A stretch of 64,000 nucleotides of DNA from Euglena gracilis (Eukaryota): contig CP154954.1 of the NCBI GenBank assembly GCA_039621445.1, forward strand, positions 38,239,703 to 38,303,702. Direction: 5' to 3'. The translations under genes and the position numbers were made by a program. Every line of letters starts with the position of its first letter. Within the stretch, counting starts at the first letter, position 1. Positions 1 to 10,100 of this stretch are shown piece by piece. Below the pieces are notes generated by a model. That model was not told the DNA's origin, did not search any database, and saw only the letters and a list, made by a program, of their open reading frames with translations.

Positions 1-2721
1 ACAGTTTGCAAAGAATCGATTGCAATGAACATTTCAAGTCGAGTTGGAGAACAGACTTCAATGATATCAATCATCAATGGGACCCAAGCAATTGAATTAC
101 GATTGCCATGATCACAATTCAGAATGGTGGGTACATTTATTTTACTGAAGTGCTGGGGGAGAGAAGCTTAATGACCTCAAAGAGCCTGCAGTGGGCAGTG
201 GCCCGATGCACGGCCACAGCCCAGGCCCAGGCCCAGGTTGGCTGCCCCCACAGCATTGAATCAGATTTTATCATGGTTTTGGGTCTCAGGACTTTGCTTG
301 TGGTTTGGAGCCATTTTTTCTCCCCTCCTCGTGCAGCTGGGGGGGGGGGCTGTGTTTAGCCCTGTTTTTTTTGTTGGTGTGACGGATCAAAATCAGCTTT
401 GGATTCACGGTTGGAATTTTTTGACTCAGAATTAGATACCCCTGTGAGACGTTTGGGTGGGGACAGGAATGCATCATACTGTGACCGTGATTGTTTTGGT
501 CATACCCCAGATATGGCGGGGTTTGATGAAATTTCCATTTTTCTCATTTTTTTCGTCAAATGGGGATTCCAGTTTTGCAGCCAGGAATTTTTAACCCGTG
601 GCCCTCCCCTGGTTGATGGGGGGGGCGGCATTGTGAAGGCCCGTCCTTTGACATGTGTTGAGATTTCAGCCGGTTGGGACATTACGGCCCAGGTTTGTGA
701 ATTTCTTTTTTGTTTGGAGGCGGAAGCCAGGTTGTGCCCTCCTACCCTCAGGGGGGGGCAGCGAAAAATCGCCTTGGCCATTGGAATTGAATTTTCAGTG
801 TTTTTAAGTTTGCCATGTCATTCGGCCCCCATGGCCCCATGTGACTGGGGGGGGCAGTGAATTTTAATTCGCAAGCCAGATTTTGTTGGTTTTGGCTCAA
901 ATGAATCGGTTGGGCTGGATTTGCCTGGCCCATATACCCGATATGCTGCAGGATGTTGTTTCTGTTGGGTTGGTTGTTTTCGGTTGGGTTTGTTTGTTGG
1001 ATATTTGTTGGTTGGAATTCTCGATTTTGGGTTTTGTTGAGGGCTTTTGTAGGCCCTGGACTTGTAGGTTGGACTCAGATTTTTGATTTTTTTTAAGGAT
1101 TTTTTGTTTCTGGAGGATTTTTACACAGAGTTAGAAAAAAACCTGGGATTTTGATGATTTTTCTGAAGGTTAAAAAAAAACGAGTTGCGAGTTTTGGAAC
1201 TCAGTTTTTTGGTTCGGTTTGGATTATGGACATTCGTCAAAGGCATTTTTTTCATGGAACACAGCTTGGAGGCATCCGAACTCGGGGGGGGGGGACCCTG
1301 GACCGGAGATGACCCCTCCTCCGTCCAAAGGCCCTGGTGTGGGCCAATGTAAAAAAAAACCCAGCCACGTGGGCACTAAAGCCCTGTGATATGGTGGCTG
1401 AGGGCCAATGTGAAGCCCTGTTCTCTTTGCGTTCAAAAAAAAAAAATCGGCCCAGTCATTTTTGGGTGGAATGCATGACAAGGAAGTGAGCGTGCATACA
1501 CACAAAACACACAACCGCACACGCACACACCCATTGTACACTATCCCCGCCTTATAACCGTCTCACCTTTGCCTCACCGTTTGCTTTTTCTCACCCTCAC
1601 CGCTTTACCTTTTCTGTCCCGAATTGGAAAGGAATGCCTGGGTTTCTCTTTTTCTGTTCCCCACACAATTCATTTTCTGAGGCACTGTTGGCCAAAGTCC
1701 CTGATTTTTTTTAAAAAAAATCGACATCGAATGAAGTCTCGCATAATGAAAGCTGCCAAAAAGGATTTTGACCAAGGGGGTAGCGTGGGACTTAGGCCTT
1801 GCGGTGGAGTGCCCAGAGTTTGTTTCGTTTGGAATCGTTTTTCAGATTTTGTGTTCAAAGACCCGTTCCCCATGCTTGTCGGAGGAAAGGGGTGGGGGGG
1901 CTTCCCCCGAAGACCTGATTTTTCAGAGTCCCCCAAGGTGCCCGGTATCATGGCTGGGGGGGGGGTTGATTCGTAACACAGATTTTCAAAAAAAAAAAAA
2001 AAAAAGCGACAGGACCCATTTAAAAAAAAAAAAACACACACAGAATTTCGCCCCCCACAAAAAAAATTTTAAAAAAAAAAACAAACAGAATTTTCTCTCC
2101 CCGTTTTTGCACGGGAAGGGGGGGGCAGAAAAACGGGTCCGACTAACGTCGCAAGGGAGGGGGTGTCGGCTGCCGCTGGCGTCGGCAGCCAAAAATTTCT
2201 CAGAAAATTCCCAAAAACCCCCGGTAGGAACCACCAGAGGAAGTCAACCGCCACGCGAGTTGAATTGGAACCCCAGCAAATTTCAAGAAGAATTTGAGAA
2301 TTCGATTTGAGAATCACAGAAGCAGAAAAGTCACCTGAGAATTGAACAATCAAAAGGATCAATTCAATTCTTTCAAGAAATCAAGGCATTGCTTTCCAAC
2401 TAGTCCCTACCCACCAACAGCAGGTGAACACAAGGTACCTGCCCATCCTCTCAACAAGGTTTGTCTTGTGCTGCTGGTTTGCTCACCTAAGTAGGTGGGT
2501 TGGTTTGTCTTTGTTGCTTCAGCCTTTCAGTTGAAAAGTTCAAGTTGGAAAATGGGGAAAAACCAACAATGGTGGCAAAAAAAGATCCTACGCGGGGCAA
2601 CTGGGGACCCCGGGTCGGGGGGGCACACCTCACCCCCATTACCGCCTGTTGATTTATTTGAAAAAGGGGCCCAACTTGCCAAAGGCCCTGGCCTGAGCCC
2701 ACCAGGGCCAGAAAAAGTAAT

Positions 2722-5679
2722 TTGTGGCCCCAGCCAAAGCAGCCCCCCCGGGCGGCGAGCGGGGTCCTCATCCCCCAACACCACACCTTATCGGGGTTTA
2801 CGATGGGCTGTGATCCCAGGGAGACGCCACCAAGGATCTCTCCCTGGGTGAGCCCGGGCGGGCCTGTCCCTCCCCTGGGTGCTGCCGCAGTCCCCACTGC
2901 CGGCCATTCCCCCACCCCGACTCCCCCGAGCACCAACAGGCTGGCCCACACCTTATCGGGGTTTACGATGGGCTGTGATCCCAGGGAGACGCCACCAAGG
3001 ATCTCTCCCTGGGTGAGCCCGGGCGGGCCTGTCCCTCCCCTGGGTGCTGCGGCAGCAGTCCCCACTGATGACTCGCCCCCCCCTCCGGCCCCCCGTCCCC
3101 ACCACAGCCCACCCACCACCATTCACCTTTGCCCACCAAGCTTAATCGCCACGACCCCGAGCTGCCTTTCGCCTCCATCTCCTATCCTCATTCGTCCCCT
3201 TTCCATCACCTTCCTCGCTTTCCCTCCATGGTTGCACACTTGCGATCCTGCAGACCTCCAACTGTCCTCATTGTCAGCACAAAGTTCATGGATGCGGGAC
3301 CTCTGCAATGATGGAGACATCGAGTCAAATCCGGGACCGACTTCGCCTTCGGATCCTGGGGCAGCTTTCATGGCGGTGAATCAATCAGCTGCGGTCATCA
3401 ACCTGGCGCCTCCGCCAGCGTCCGCCTCCTCCTCCGCTTCTGCAACAGCAGGACCAAACCACCGGGCACGCAAGCGAAGAGCTGAGCGCGGTCCAGATTC
3501 CTCAGATTCCGAGGAAGAGGGCCCAGGCCTTTTCCATTGCCCGTTTCCCCACTGCTGCAAGTCCCTCCGACACAGCTTTCAGGGATGGAACACAAAGCGG
3601 CTCGCCACAAACCATGTAGCAATGGTCCACGTTGCCGCAGGAGAGATGCCTTCGTCTGTTTGGCTTCGGGACGCACAACGCTGGGTGTGTGGACATTGCC
3701 TCAAGCTCCTCCCAGAAGGCAAACGGTGTGCAGGTGAGAATTGTTACCGTGTGCGACCGGACTCCACCCCAACCCGTCTCCCGCCTGCAAGCCACCCACC
3801 ACCAGCACATGCTGCTGTGAGCTCATCGTCACGCAACCACATGCCTCCATCCACACCATTGGACACCCCAAATGCGGTTATGTCATCAGCAATTCACGAG
3901 ATTTTGTCCACCGCAAGGCCTTTGTTCCGGCACATCCCGCGTGCGGCTGTCACATTGTGGGGCGTGGCCTGGGCTGAGCTGCAACAGCGCCTCTGCTCTG
4001 AGCGATCGTGGGAGGCACTCCGAGATTGGGCCCTATTTCAAAAGGTGACCCTCTGGTCGCCGCGAGGTGGCAAGGGCCACAAGGGACAAGCCGCCCATCT
4101 CATCAGATCACGAGTTGATCGCTTCAAGGCAGGAGACCTGGCTTCTTTGTGGGACGAGTTTCGCCAAGGCATCCCTCGGCCGGACCGCAAGAAGCAAAAA
4201 AGCACGGCATTTCCATCCCTAGAGGACAAAGTGGACAGGCTACAGGAAGTCCCATTCATGAATACGCTGCGGGGCTTGATGGATGATGGAGCATTTGGCA
4301 AGGCGGTGCGCCATCTCATGTCTGATGGGTTGCACGACGCGTTGGACCACAAGGTGCAGGCAAAGCTCAGAGACCTGCACCCAAGAAGGCCAGAAGTCAC
4401 CTTTGTGGAGCCTGTTTCCAAAGTGTTTCCATTCCCGAAGGAGGAATCCTCTCAAGAGCAACATGACTTGAATAAGTTTCTCCGTGAAACGTTGCTCTCT
4501 TTTCCAAGAGCAGCCGCTGCAGGCCCAGATGGACTCCGACCACAACACCTCCAGGATGTAGTGCGTGTGGACGCCGGTGCAGCGGCAATGGTGTTGGCTG
4601 CGCTGCGCACGTTCTCTAAAGCAGCCCTGGAAGGGTCACTCCCAGCACAAGCAATGCCCTTCATCTCATCGGCCACGTTGATTCCATTGAGGAAGGACGG
4701 CCCCAGTGGCAGCCTGAACATTCGCCCCATTGCAGTGGGGAACACCGTCCGCCGCTTTGTGGGCAAGTTCGCCATGACCTCACCGTGTGTCAAGCAACGG
4801 GCATCAGAGCTGCACCCGCATCAATGCGGCGTTACCACCGAAGGGGCTTGTGAGACCATAGCCCAAGGGGTGCAATCCTTTGCAGAACACGGCCGGGGAG
4901 ATGCATGGGCCATCCTGCAAGTGGACTTGCAGAACGCGTTCAACGCAATTGACCGGCAGGCCCTCCTGAAAGCAGTCCGCATTCGGGCCCCTGAACTTGA
5001 GGCATGGGCACGTTTGTCTTACGCACAACATTCCGCCCTCTACAGCCATGGTCACCGAATGACCAGTGAGCAAGGAGTGCAGCAAGGAGACCCTTTGGGT
5101 CCCCTCTTCTTTGCATTGGCGTGGCAAGATGTCGTCCTGGCGCTGCCCAAGAATTTGAAGATGAATGTGTGGTATTTGGATGATGGTCACCTCGTGGGCT
5201 CCATGGACACCTTGGCTGCAGCATTGGCAACCATCAGCCTGAGTTCAGCAAATCTTGGCGTGCATCTCAACCTCCAAAAATGCCGCCTGTGGGGTCCTGC
5301 ACAGACACCGACATCGGATGGAAACCATTTCGATTTGCTGCGATCAATCCCCCGAGTACCTTGGATGCCAGACCACGGGCTGCGGGTCCTCGGCTTCCCA
5401 GTGGAACACCCACTTTCAACATCTTTCCGCAAAGCCGAGATGCAAGGGGCAGTGGACAAGCTCCAAGAAGCATGTCACATCCTCACCAACCTGGGGGATC
5501 CTCAGGTTGAGCATGTGCTCTTGCGTTATTGTCTTGATGCTTGCAAGGTGATGCATTTCCTACGTACCATGAACATGGACACCCTACACCCTACCCTACT
5601 GTGGATCTACGCGGCACACTCGGCCCTCAGTTCGAGCCACTGCCAGATTGGATTGAGAAGAATCAACCATCGGACGTAG
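2722..5679 (+). CDS. Retrotransposon polyprotein, N-terminal part: 2A peptide, zinc fingers, reverse transcriptase
   Basis: Motifs DGDIESNPGP, CPFPHC...HVAMVH, AAGPDGLRPQHL, IRPIAVG, VDLQNAFN, GVQQGDPLGPLFF and WYLDDG. The true start is unknown. Confidence 0.9.
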   Translation: MWPQPKQPPRAASGVLIPQHHTLSGFTMGCDPRETPPRISPWVSPGGPVPPLGAAAVPTAGHSPTPTPPSTNRLAHTLSGFTMGCDPRETPPRISPWVSPGGPVPPLGAAAAVPTDDSPPPPAPRPHHSPPTTIHLCPPSLIATTPSCLSPPSPILIRPLSITFLAFPPWLHTCDPADLQLSSLSAQSSWMRDLCNDGDIESNPGPTSPSDPGAAFMAVNQSAAVINLAPPPASASSSASATAGPNHRARKRRAERGPDSSDSEEEGPGLFHCPFPHCCKSLRHSFQGWNTKRLATNHVAMVHVAAGEMPSSVWLRDAQRWVCGHCLKLLPEGKRCAGENCYRVRPDSTPTRLPPASHPPPAHAAVSSSSRNHMPPSTPLDTPNAVMSSAIHEILSTARPLFRHIPRAAVTLWGVAWAELQQRLCSERSWEALRDWALFQKVTLWSPRGGKGHKGQAAHLIRSRVDRFKAGDLASLWDEFRQGIPRPDRKKQKSTAFPSLEDKVDRLQEVPFMNTLRGLMDDGAFGKAVRHLMSDGLHDALDHKVQAKLRDLHPRRPEVTFVEPVSKVFPFPKEESSQEQHDLNKFLRETLLSFPRAAAAGPDGLRPQHLQDVVRVDAGAAAMVLAALRTFSKAALEGSLPAQAMPFISSATLIPLRKDGPSGSLNIRPIAVGNTVRRFVGKFAMTSPCVKQRASELHPHQCGVTTEGACETIAQGVQSFAEHGRGDAWAILQVDLQNAFNAIDRQALLKAVRIRAPELEAWARLSYAQHSALYSHGHRMTSEQGVQQGDPLGPLFFALAWQDVVLALPKNLKMNVWYLDDGHLVGSMDTLAAALATISLSSANLGVHLNLQKCRLWGPAQTPTSDGNHFDLLRSIPRVPWMPDHGLRVLGFPVEHPLSTSFRKAEMQGAVDKLQEACHILTNLGDPQVEHVLLRYCLDACKVMHFLRTMNMDTLHPTLLWIYAAHSALSSSHCQIGLRRINHRT
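2781..3068 (+). repeat. Two direct copies of a ~120-bp unit in the retrotransposon 5' region
   Basis: CCACACCTTATCGGGG...GTCCCCACTG starts at 2781 and again at 2946 (period 165). Confidence 0.95.
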
Positions 5680-6653
5680 AAGAAGACCACAAAAGGCAGC
5701 AGTGGTGGACAGACAAAGTGCACCAAGCAAGGAAAGAAGCTTTGAAGAACATCTTGCCACAACGAGACAAGTGCCGCCTTCGACTGCAATCGATGCCCCA
5801 TACAACCGCCTGGCTCCAAACGATACCAAACAAAGGCATGGGAACCAAAATCCCAGCTACAAAGTACCGCCTCCTCCTCCGATGGTGGCTCGGTGCCAAG
5901 GTCCTCCCGGGCTCGTCTGGTGCTCCATGCCCCCTGTGTGGGGACTCCATGGATCCCTTTGGGGACCACCTGCTATGCTGCAAAAAGAACAAACTCGTGC
6001 AACGTCACAACGCTGTGCGGGACGCGCTGGCGATGGTCCTTAGAGAGCATGGAGTACACACCAAGACGGAGGTGGCTATCGGTGGGAAGATGCGCCCAGC
6101 GGATGTGGCCCTGCAAGGGGTTGACCCTGCGGGGCCGTTGGCAGTCGACCTCGTGGTGTTCCACCCCCTCCGGAAGGATTTGTCGTGGGACGAGAATGTT
6201 GCTCTAAAGAACATGGCAGCAATGGAACACAAGAAGGTCACAAAGAACCAACCTGTGTGTGAAGCAGCAGGATGGTTATTCAGCCCTCTGTCCTTCCATC
6301 CGTGGTCGGGGCTGGGCCCATTGGGGTCTGGTCTCCTCGGCCGCTTGGTGAAGCAAGCCCTCGGCGACAAGCAAGGATGGGCAAGGCAGCATTTGGCCGC
6401 AGACATTTGGCAACGTATATCCGCAACCTTGATGGCCTTTGTGGCTGAACAGCTTTCTGCTGCCGCCTCAACAAGAGGGCATGACGAGTTACCCCCCATG
6501 ACCACGCCGCAAGAGACGCCGTCGAGAACAAGGACCATACAAGGAGCCACCGCAGTGGCGGTGGTGGATATGGAAGGATGGCAGACAGCGCGCCAAGCCG
6601 AGGATGGGACCCTTGTCGGCCCCATTCGCATCCAGTGCACCCGCCCGAGGTGA
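5541..6653 (+). CDS. Retrotransposon polyprotein, C-terminal part: CCHC knuckle and PD-(D/E)xK endonuclease
   Basis: Motifs CPLCGDSMDPFGDHLLCC, RHNAVRD and RPADVALQG...AVDLVV...K. It lies in a different frame from the RT, with a probable deletion or frameshift near 5600. Confidence 0.85.
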   Translation: MQGDAFPTYHEHGHPTPYPTVDLRGTLGPQFEPLPDWIEKNQPSDVEEDHKRQQWWTDKVHQARKEALKNILPQRDKCRLRLQSMPHTTAWLQTIPNKGMGTKIPATKYRLLLRWWLGAKVLPGSSGAPCPLCGDSMDPFGDHLLCCKKNKLVQRHNAVRDALAMVLREHGVHTKTEVAIGGKMRPADVALQGVDPAGPLAVDLVVFHPLRKDLSWDENVALKNMAAMEHKKVTKNQPVCEAAGWLFSPLSFHPWSGLGPLGSGLLGRLVKQALGDKQGWARQHLAADIWQRISATLMAFVAEQLSAAASTRGHDELPPMTTPQETPSRTRTIQGATAVAVVDMEGWQTARQAEDGTLVGPIRIQCTRPR

Positions 6654-6872
6654 GACCCCTCGGAAGAGGACGTGGTAGCACCACGTCCAACAAAAAAAAA
6701 GGGGCCCACACCCCTCTGGGTAAGGCCAGCGAGAATCGAAGTGAAACCACCCAAGTGACAGGCGGGTGCAACGGCTCGCGGTGACCCGTCCCGACGGCAA
6801 AGAACAGCACGCCGACACGGGCGACACGCTCGCACGGGCGACGCGCGGGCACGACACGCGCGAGACACGTGC

Positions 6873-6968
6873 GAGCCGTGCCGAGCCGTGCCGAGCCGTG
6901 CCGAGCCGTGCCGAGCCGTGCCGAGCCGTGCCGAGCCGTGCCGAGCCGTGCCGAGCCGTGCCGAGCCG
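6873..6968. repeat. 10-bp tandem repeat (GAGCCGTGCC)n
   Basis: About 9 perfect units, read directly. Confidence 0.95.
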
Positions 6969-7081
6969 AACCTTTAAAACGGGTGGGCAACACATATTTT
7001 GTTATTCTCGGCCCTCGACCAGTTGGGCCCCCTCGAGTAGTTGAGCAACAAAAGGGATCTGTCCCCCAAAACGGGTTGAAA

Positions 7082-7178
7082 ACATTTTTGTTGTTCTTGT
7101 GGCCCGCGAACGGTCCAGGACCCTTTCGCAGAAATGCTCGCGATTTATGGGAATTCCTCATTCATTTTTTGCAAACAG
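7082..7178 (+). promoter_or_regulatory. Candidate spliced-leader trans-splice acceptor(s)
   Basis: Pyrimidine-rich tracts end in CAG at 7129-7131 (before ATG 7134) and 7176-7178 (before ATG 7182). Confidence 0.5.
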
Positions 7179-10100
7179 GTGATGACGGCCGTAGTGAAGA
7201 ATTTGGCGAAGTTGCCTGCGGCAACCTCCCAAATTCTCACCAATGTTTCCAAGCTCCAGACATTCCACGGATTACTTGAGGAACGTCGTGACAAATATGC
7301 ACCTTTGGCCTACCACACGTACGACAATTTGAAACAGAAAACAACTTGGCACCCCATTGCGCACGCTTGGGTGGATGAGGGGCTTCCAGTCAGCAAAAAG
7401 GTGTCAAGATGTCGTCATTTCCTCCTATTCTCGTTTGATTTAGGAGTACAACGAATATTGCTGGCTGAAAAAAGACATGCAACGGCTTCTGCCACTTGCA
7501 TCGCCGTTCGTTTTCGGCATTTATGGCATCCTTCCGTTGGCAGGTTTCCAGATGATTTTAAACACTGTGCCTTCCACATTGTCTCTCAGTTTGGCTTTCC
7601 AACGATGGGTATTTGCCCTCTGCCTTCAGCAGCAAGAAAGACATTGTTTCCAAAAAGCTGGAGTGGTATTCTTCTTATGGTGATGACTTGCGGCAGCAAG
7701 TGGGTGTGTAACAACATTTTTCCCCACATTTTGAAGTACCCATGTTACAGGACCCATGTTACAACACCGATTGAAAAGGCATTTGAGGGGCACTCTGAAC
7801 AATGAACACAGGCTCATGCTTGACGAAGTCACTGAATCGTACAAGGAGATCTTTTACAGCCATTACACTGGCCAACTTCGGGACGTTCGGAAGTGTGCAC
7901 ACCTGAGGCTGTACGATGGGGTCTGTTCCCTTTCCACATCATTGTGCATCAATCATCCATCTTGCAACTTGTGAAATTCTTGTGAAATTCGTGCGCAAAG
8001 AAATTCAGAAAGAATGGGAGGGGTGGATTTTGGGGCTCCCCGGCGAAATGCCAGAGGTGAAACGAGGGGGTTGGCTTCGTTTGGACCCCTTAATTTTAGG
8101 AAAAAGGAAAACAGAAGCCTCCACAAAAAAAAATGGGGGTTGCCAGTTTTCCCTTGGAAAAGGCCTTTTTAGACTTTGGTGCCTTTAGAGAGATTTTCAG
8201 TCAAATGATCCATTTTCTGGAAGTGTTGGTCAGACGAAATGAACCCTGGAGGCCCTCTATCGCCCCCCCCATTCGCCTTTTTGGCTGCCGACACGCCTGG
8301 CCTGTGCTCCGGACCAAAACGTCCATTTTGGGCTCCAAATCAGGCATTTGCCACTCACAATCGGGTTAACAACCTGACCTGGCTTCTGTCAGGCCATAGG
8401 CCAGATCGGCCACCCGTGTGCTCCTCCTTTCATTGATTTTTGTTCAGTTGGGGTGGGGGGTTGGACGTATGATTGGTGGTCGGCCCAACCACCAGTGGTC
8501 GCCAACAACCACCAAAAAATCCATCACCAAGATCCTGCAATGAGCCCGATCTCGATCGTCTCTGGAACACGAATAAAATTTAAATGAAATAGTAAGATAA
8601 AATGTTCAGAGAACACCTCATTTTTCTGAAAAAAATTTGGACCTGAGTGATCTACACCATTCTAAAATAGTGTAGATCACGAATTTCACACGAAAATTCC
8701 CCCCCAAAAGGGTGGGGGGTTATCGAGACTTTGTTTTCCGACCCCCCCCCCCCCGGTGGCCCGCTGGGTCCTGGCCAAAAGGGGGGTCATTTGGGGGGTC
8801 ATGGCACCCGGATTCATAATGGTTTATCAAAAAAATTTGTTAGTTGTGGACGTTGTTGCAGAAACTTGGCACCTTTTTGATGCCCACGTTTTGGCAACTC
8901 TGAGCCAAGTAGCCAGCGTTCTGGCAACTCTAGGCCAAATAACTGGCACAAGGGGCCGAAGTTTCCAGGTTTAGCTGTAATGGGCGCCTGAATGGAGATC
9001 GACTGACCAAAGCGGGTGCCTGAATGGAAATCGACTGGCCAAAACAAATCGACTGGCCAAACAGATTCCGATTGCAGCCTTTTTGCCAGCCGGAGGCTGG
9101 ACCCCCATGTTAGTGAATGAAAAAAGTGCCAACTTGGTCGGCCGTGGGCATCAGGCAGACATCAGGCTTGTTTGGGAATCTCGGGCAGGTCTTGGGACCT
9201 GCTTGCAGTTTTCGGTCGCCGAACTTCTCGCCGTTGAGTGCAAAACAGGGCCCAGAAAACAGGTTTTTAGTCGGTCGATTTCCAAGACATTAAAACCTAT
9301 TTTCTGGGCCCAACTCCTGTCTTGAATTTCTACTGACTTAAACGGAATTCAGGCTGACATTGTTAAAGTCAGTCGATTTCCATTCAGGCGCCTGTTTAGG
9401 TCAGTCGATTTCCAAGACACTGAAATCTGTTGCTGGTCAGATTTGAAATTTTTAGTGAAATTTTCGACAATTAGGGGGTGTTTCCCCCGCGACCCCCCCT
9501 GCGACCCCCCGCCCCCCGCGACCCCACCCTGAGCCCAATTCGGGTTCCCAAAAAGTACAAAAAATTTGCATTAATTAGGAATTTGCCACTCAATTAGGAA
9601 TCAAATACACGAAAAATTGGTCCCAAATTCCTAATTGGACCTATTTTCGGACCCAAATGGCACGCAAATTCCTAATTGGATCTAAAATTAGAGGATAGGA
9701 CGACGTCACACAAGTCACACATGACCTGCCGCGAAACCCATTTCCCCCCCGCGCCCCCCCCCCCCCGCAACCCCAACACCCCCTAGGATTTCCACTTTTT
9801 TTTCGCTGGAAGCGTTTTGGACGAGACAAAGACAAAATTTTGCCAGATGAACACAGCTGGCTGATTGTCATTGTCAGTGTCAATTTTCATTGTTGGTCGT
9901 CTGATAAGACAAGGTTTCGATCGGGGGGTACTTGTCTGTTATCGCATGACGGACCCCCTTTTGGTTATCGCAGGCGCCCTTTAAACGGTCAGAGACCCAT
10001 ATGTTGGGGCCCGTCTTGGCCATTTGGGTGGGGGGCTCCCGGCTGGATTTGAGCTGCTTGCTGGCTGGACCCGGGGGTAGGGTACCCTCCGGCTTCAGAA

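Larger units (their letters stand above)
2674..6700 (+). mobile_element. Non-LTR retrotransposon with restriction-like endonuclease (CRE/SLACS-like), near full length, one frame break
   Basis: Order: C2H2-like finger, RT, CCHC knuckle, RLE, 3' stem-loop (6668-6688), A-tail (6692-6700). AAAAAGGGGCCCA occurs at both 2661-2673 and 6696-6708 (candidate TSD). The 5' boundary is uncertain. Confidence 0.9.

Noticed and set aside
6725-6755. tRNA T-arm-like TTCGATTC on the minus strand
   Set aside because: No cloverleaf can be built. The V-PPase coding match explains it better.
6005-7279. Long ORFs over the decamer array and antisense to the endonuclease
   Set aside because: They are open because of GC-rich, stop-poor repeats and have no domain motifs.
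7134-7805. 223-aa single-exon ORF
   Set aside because: It reads through intron 1. Only the first 89 codons belong to the spliced ATPTB1 frame.
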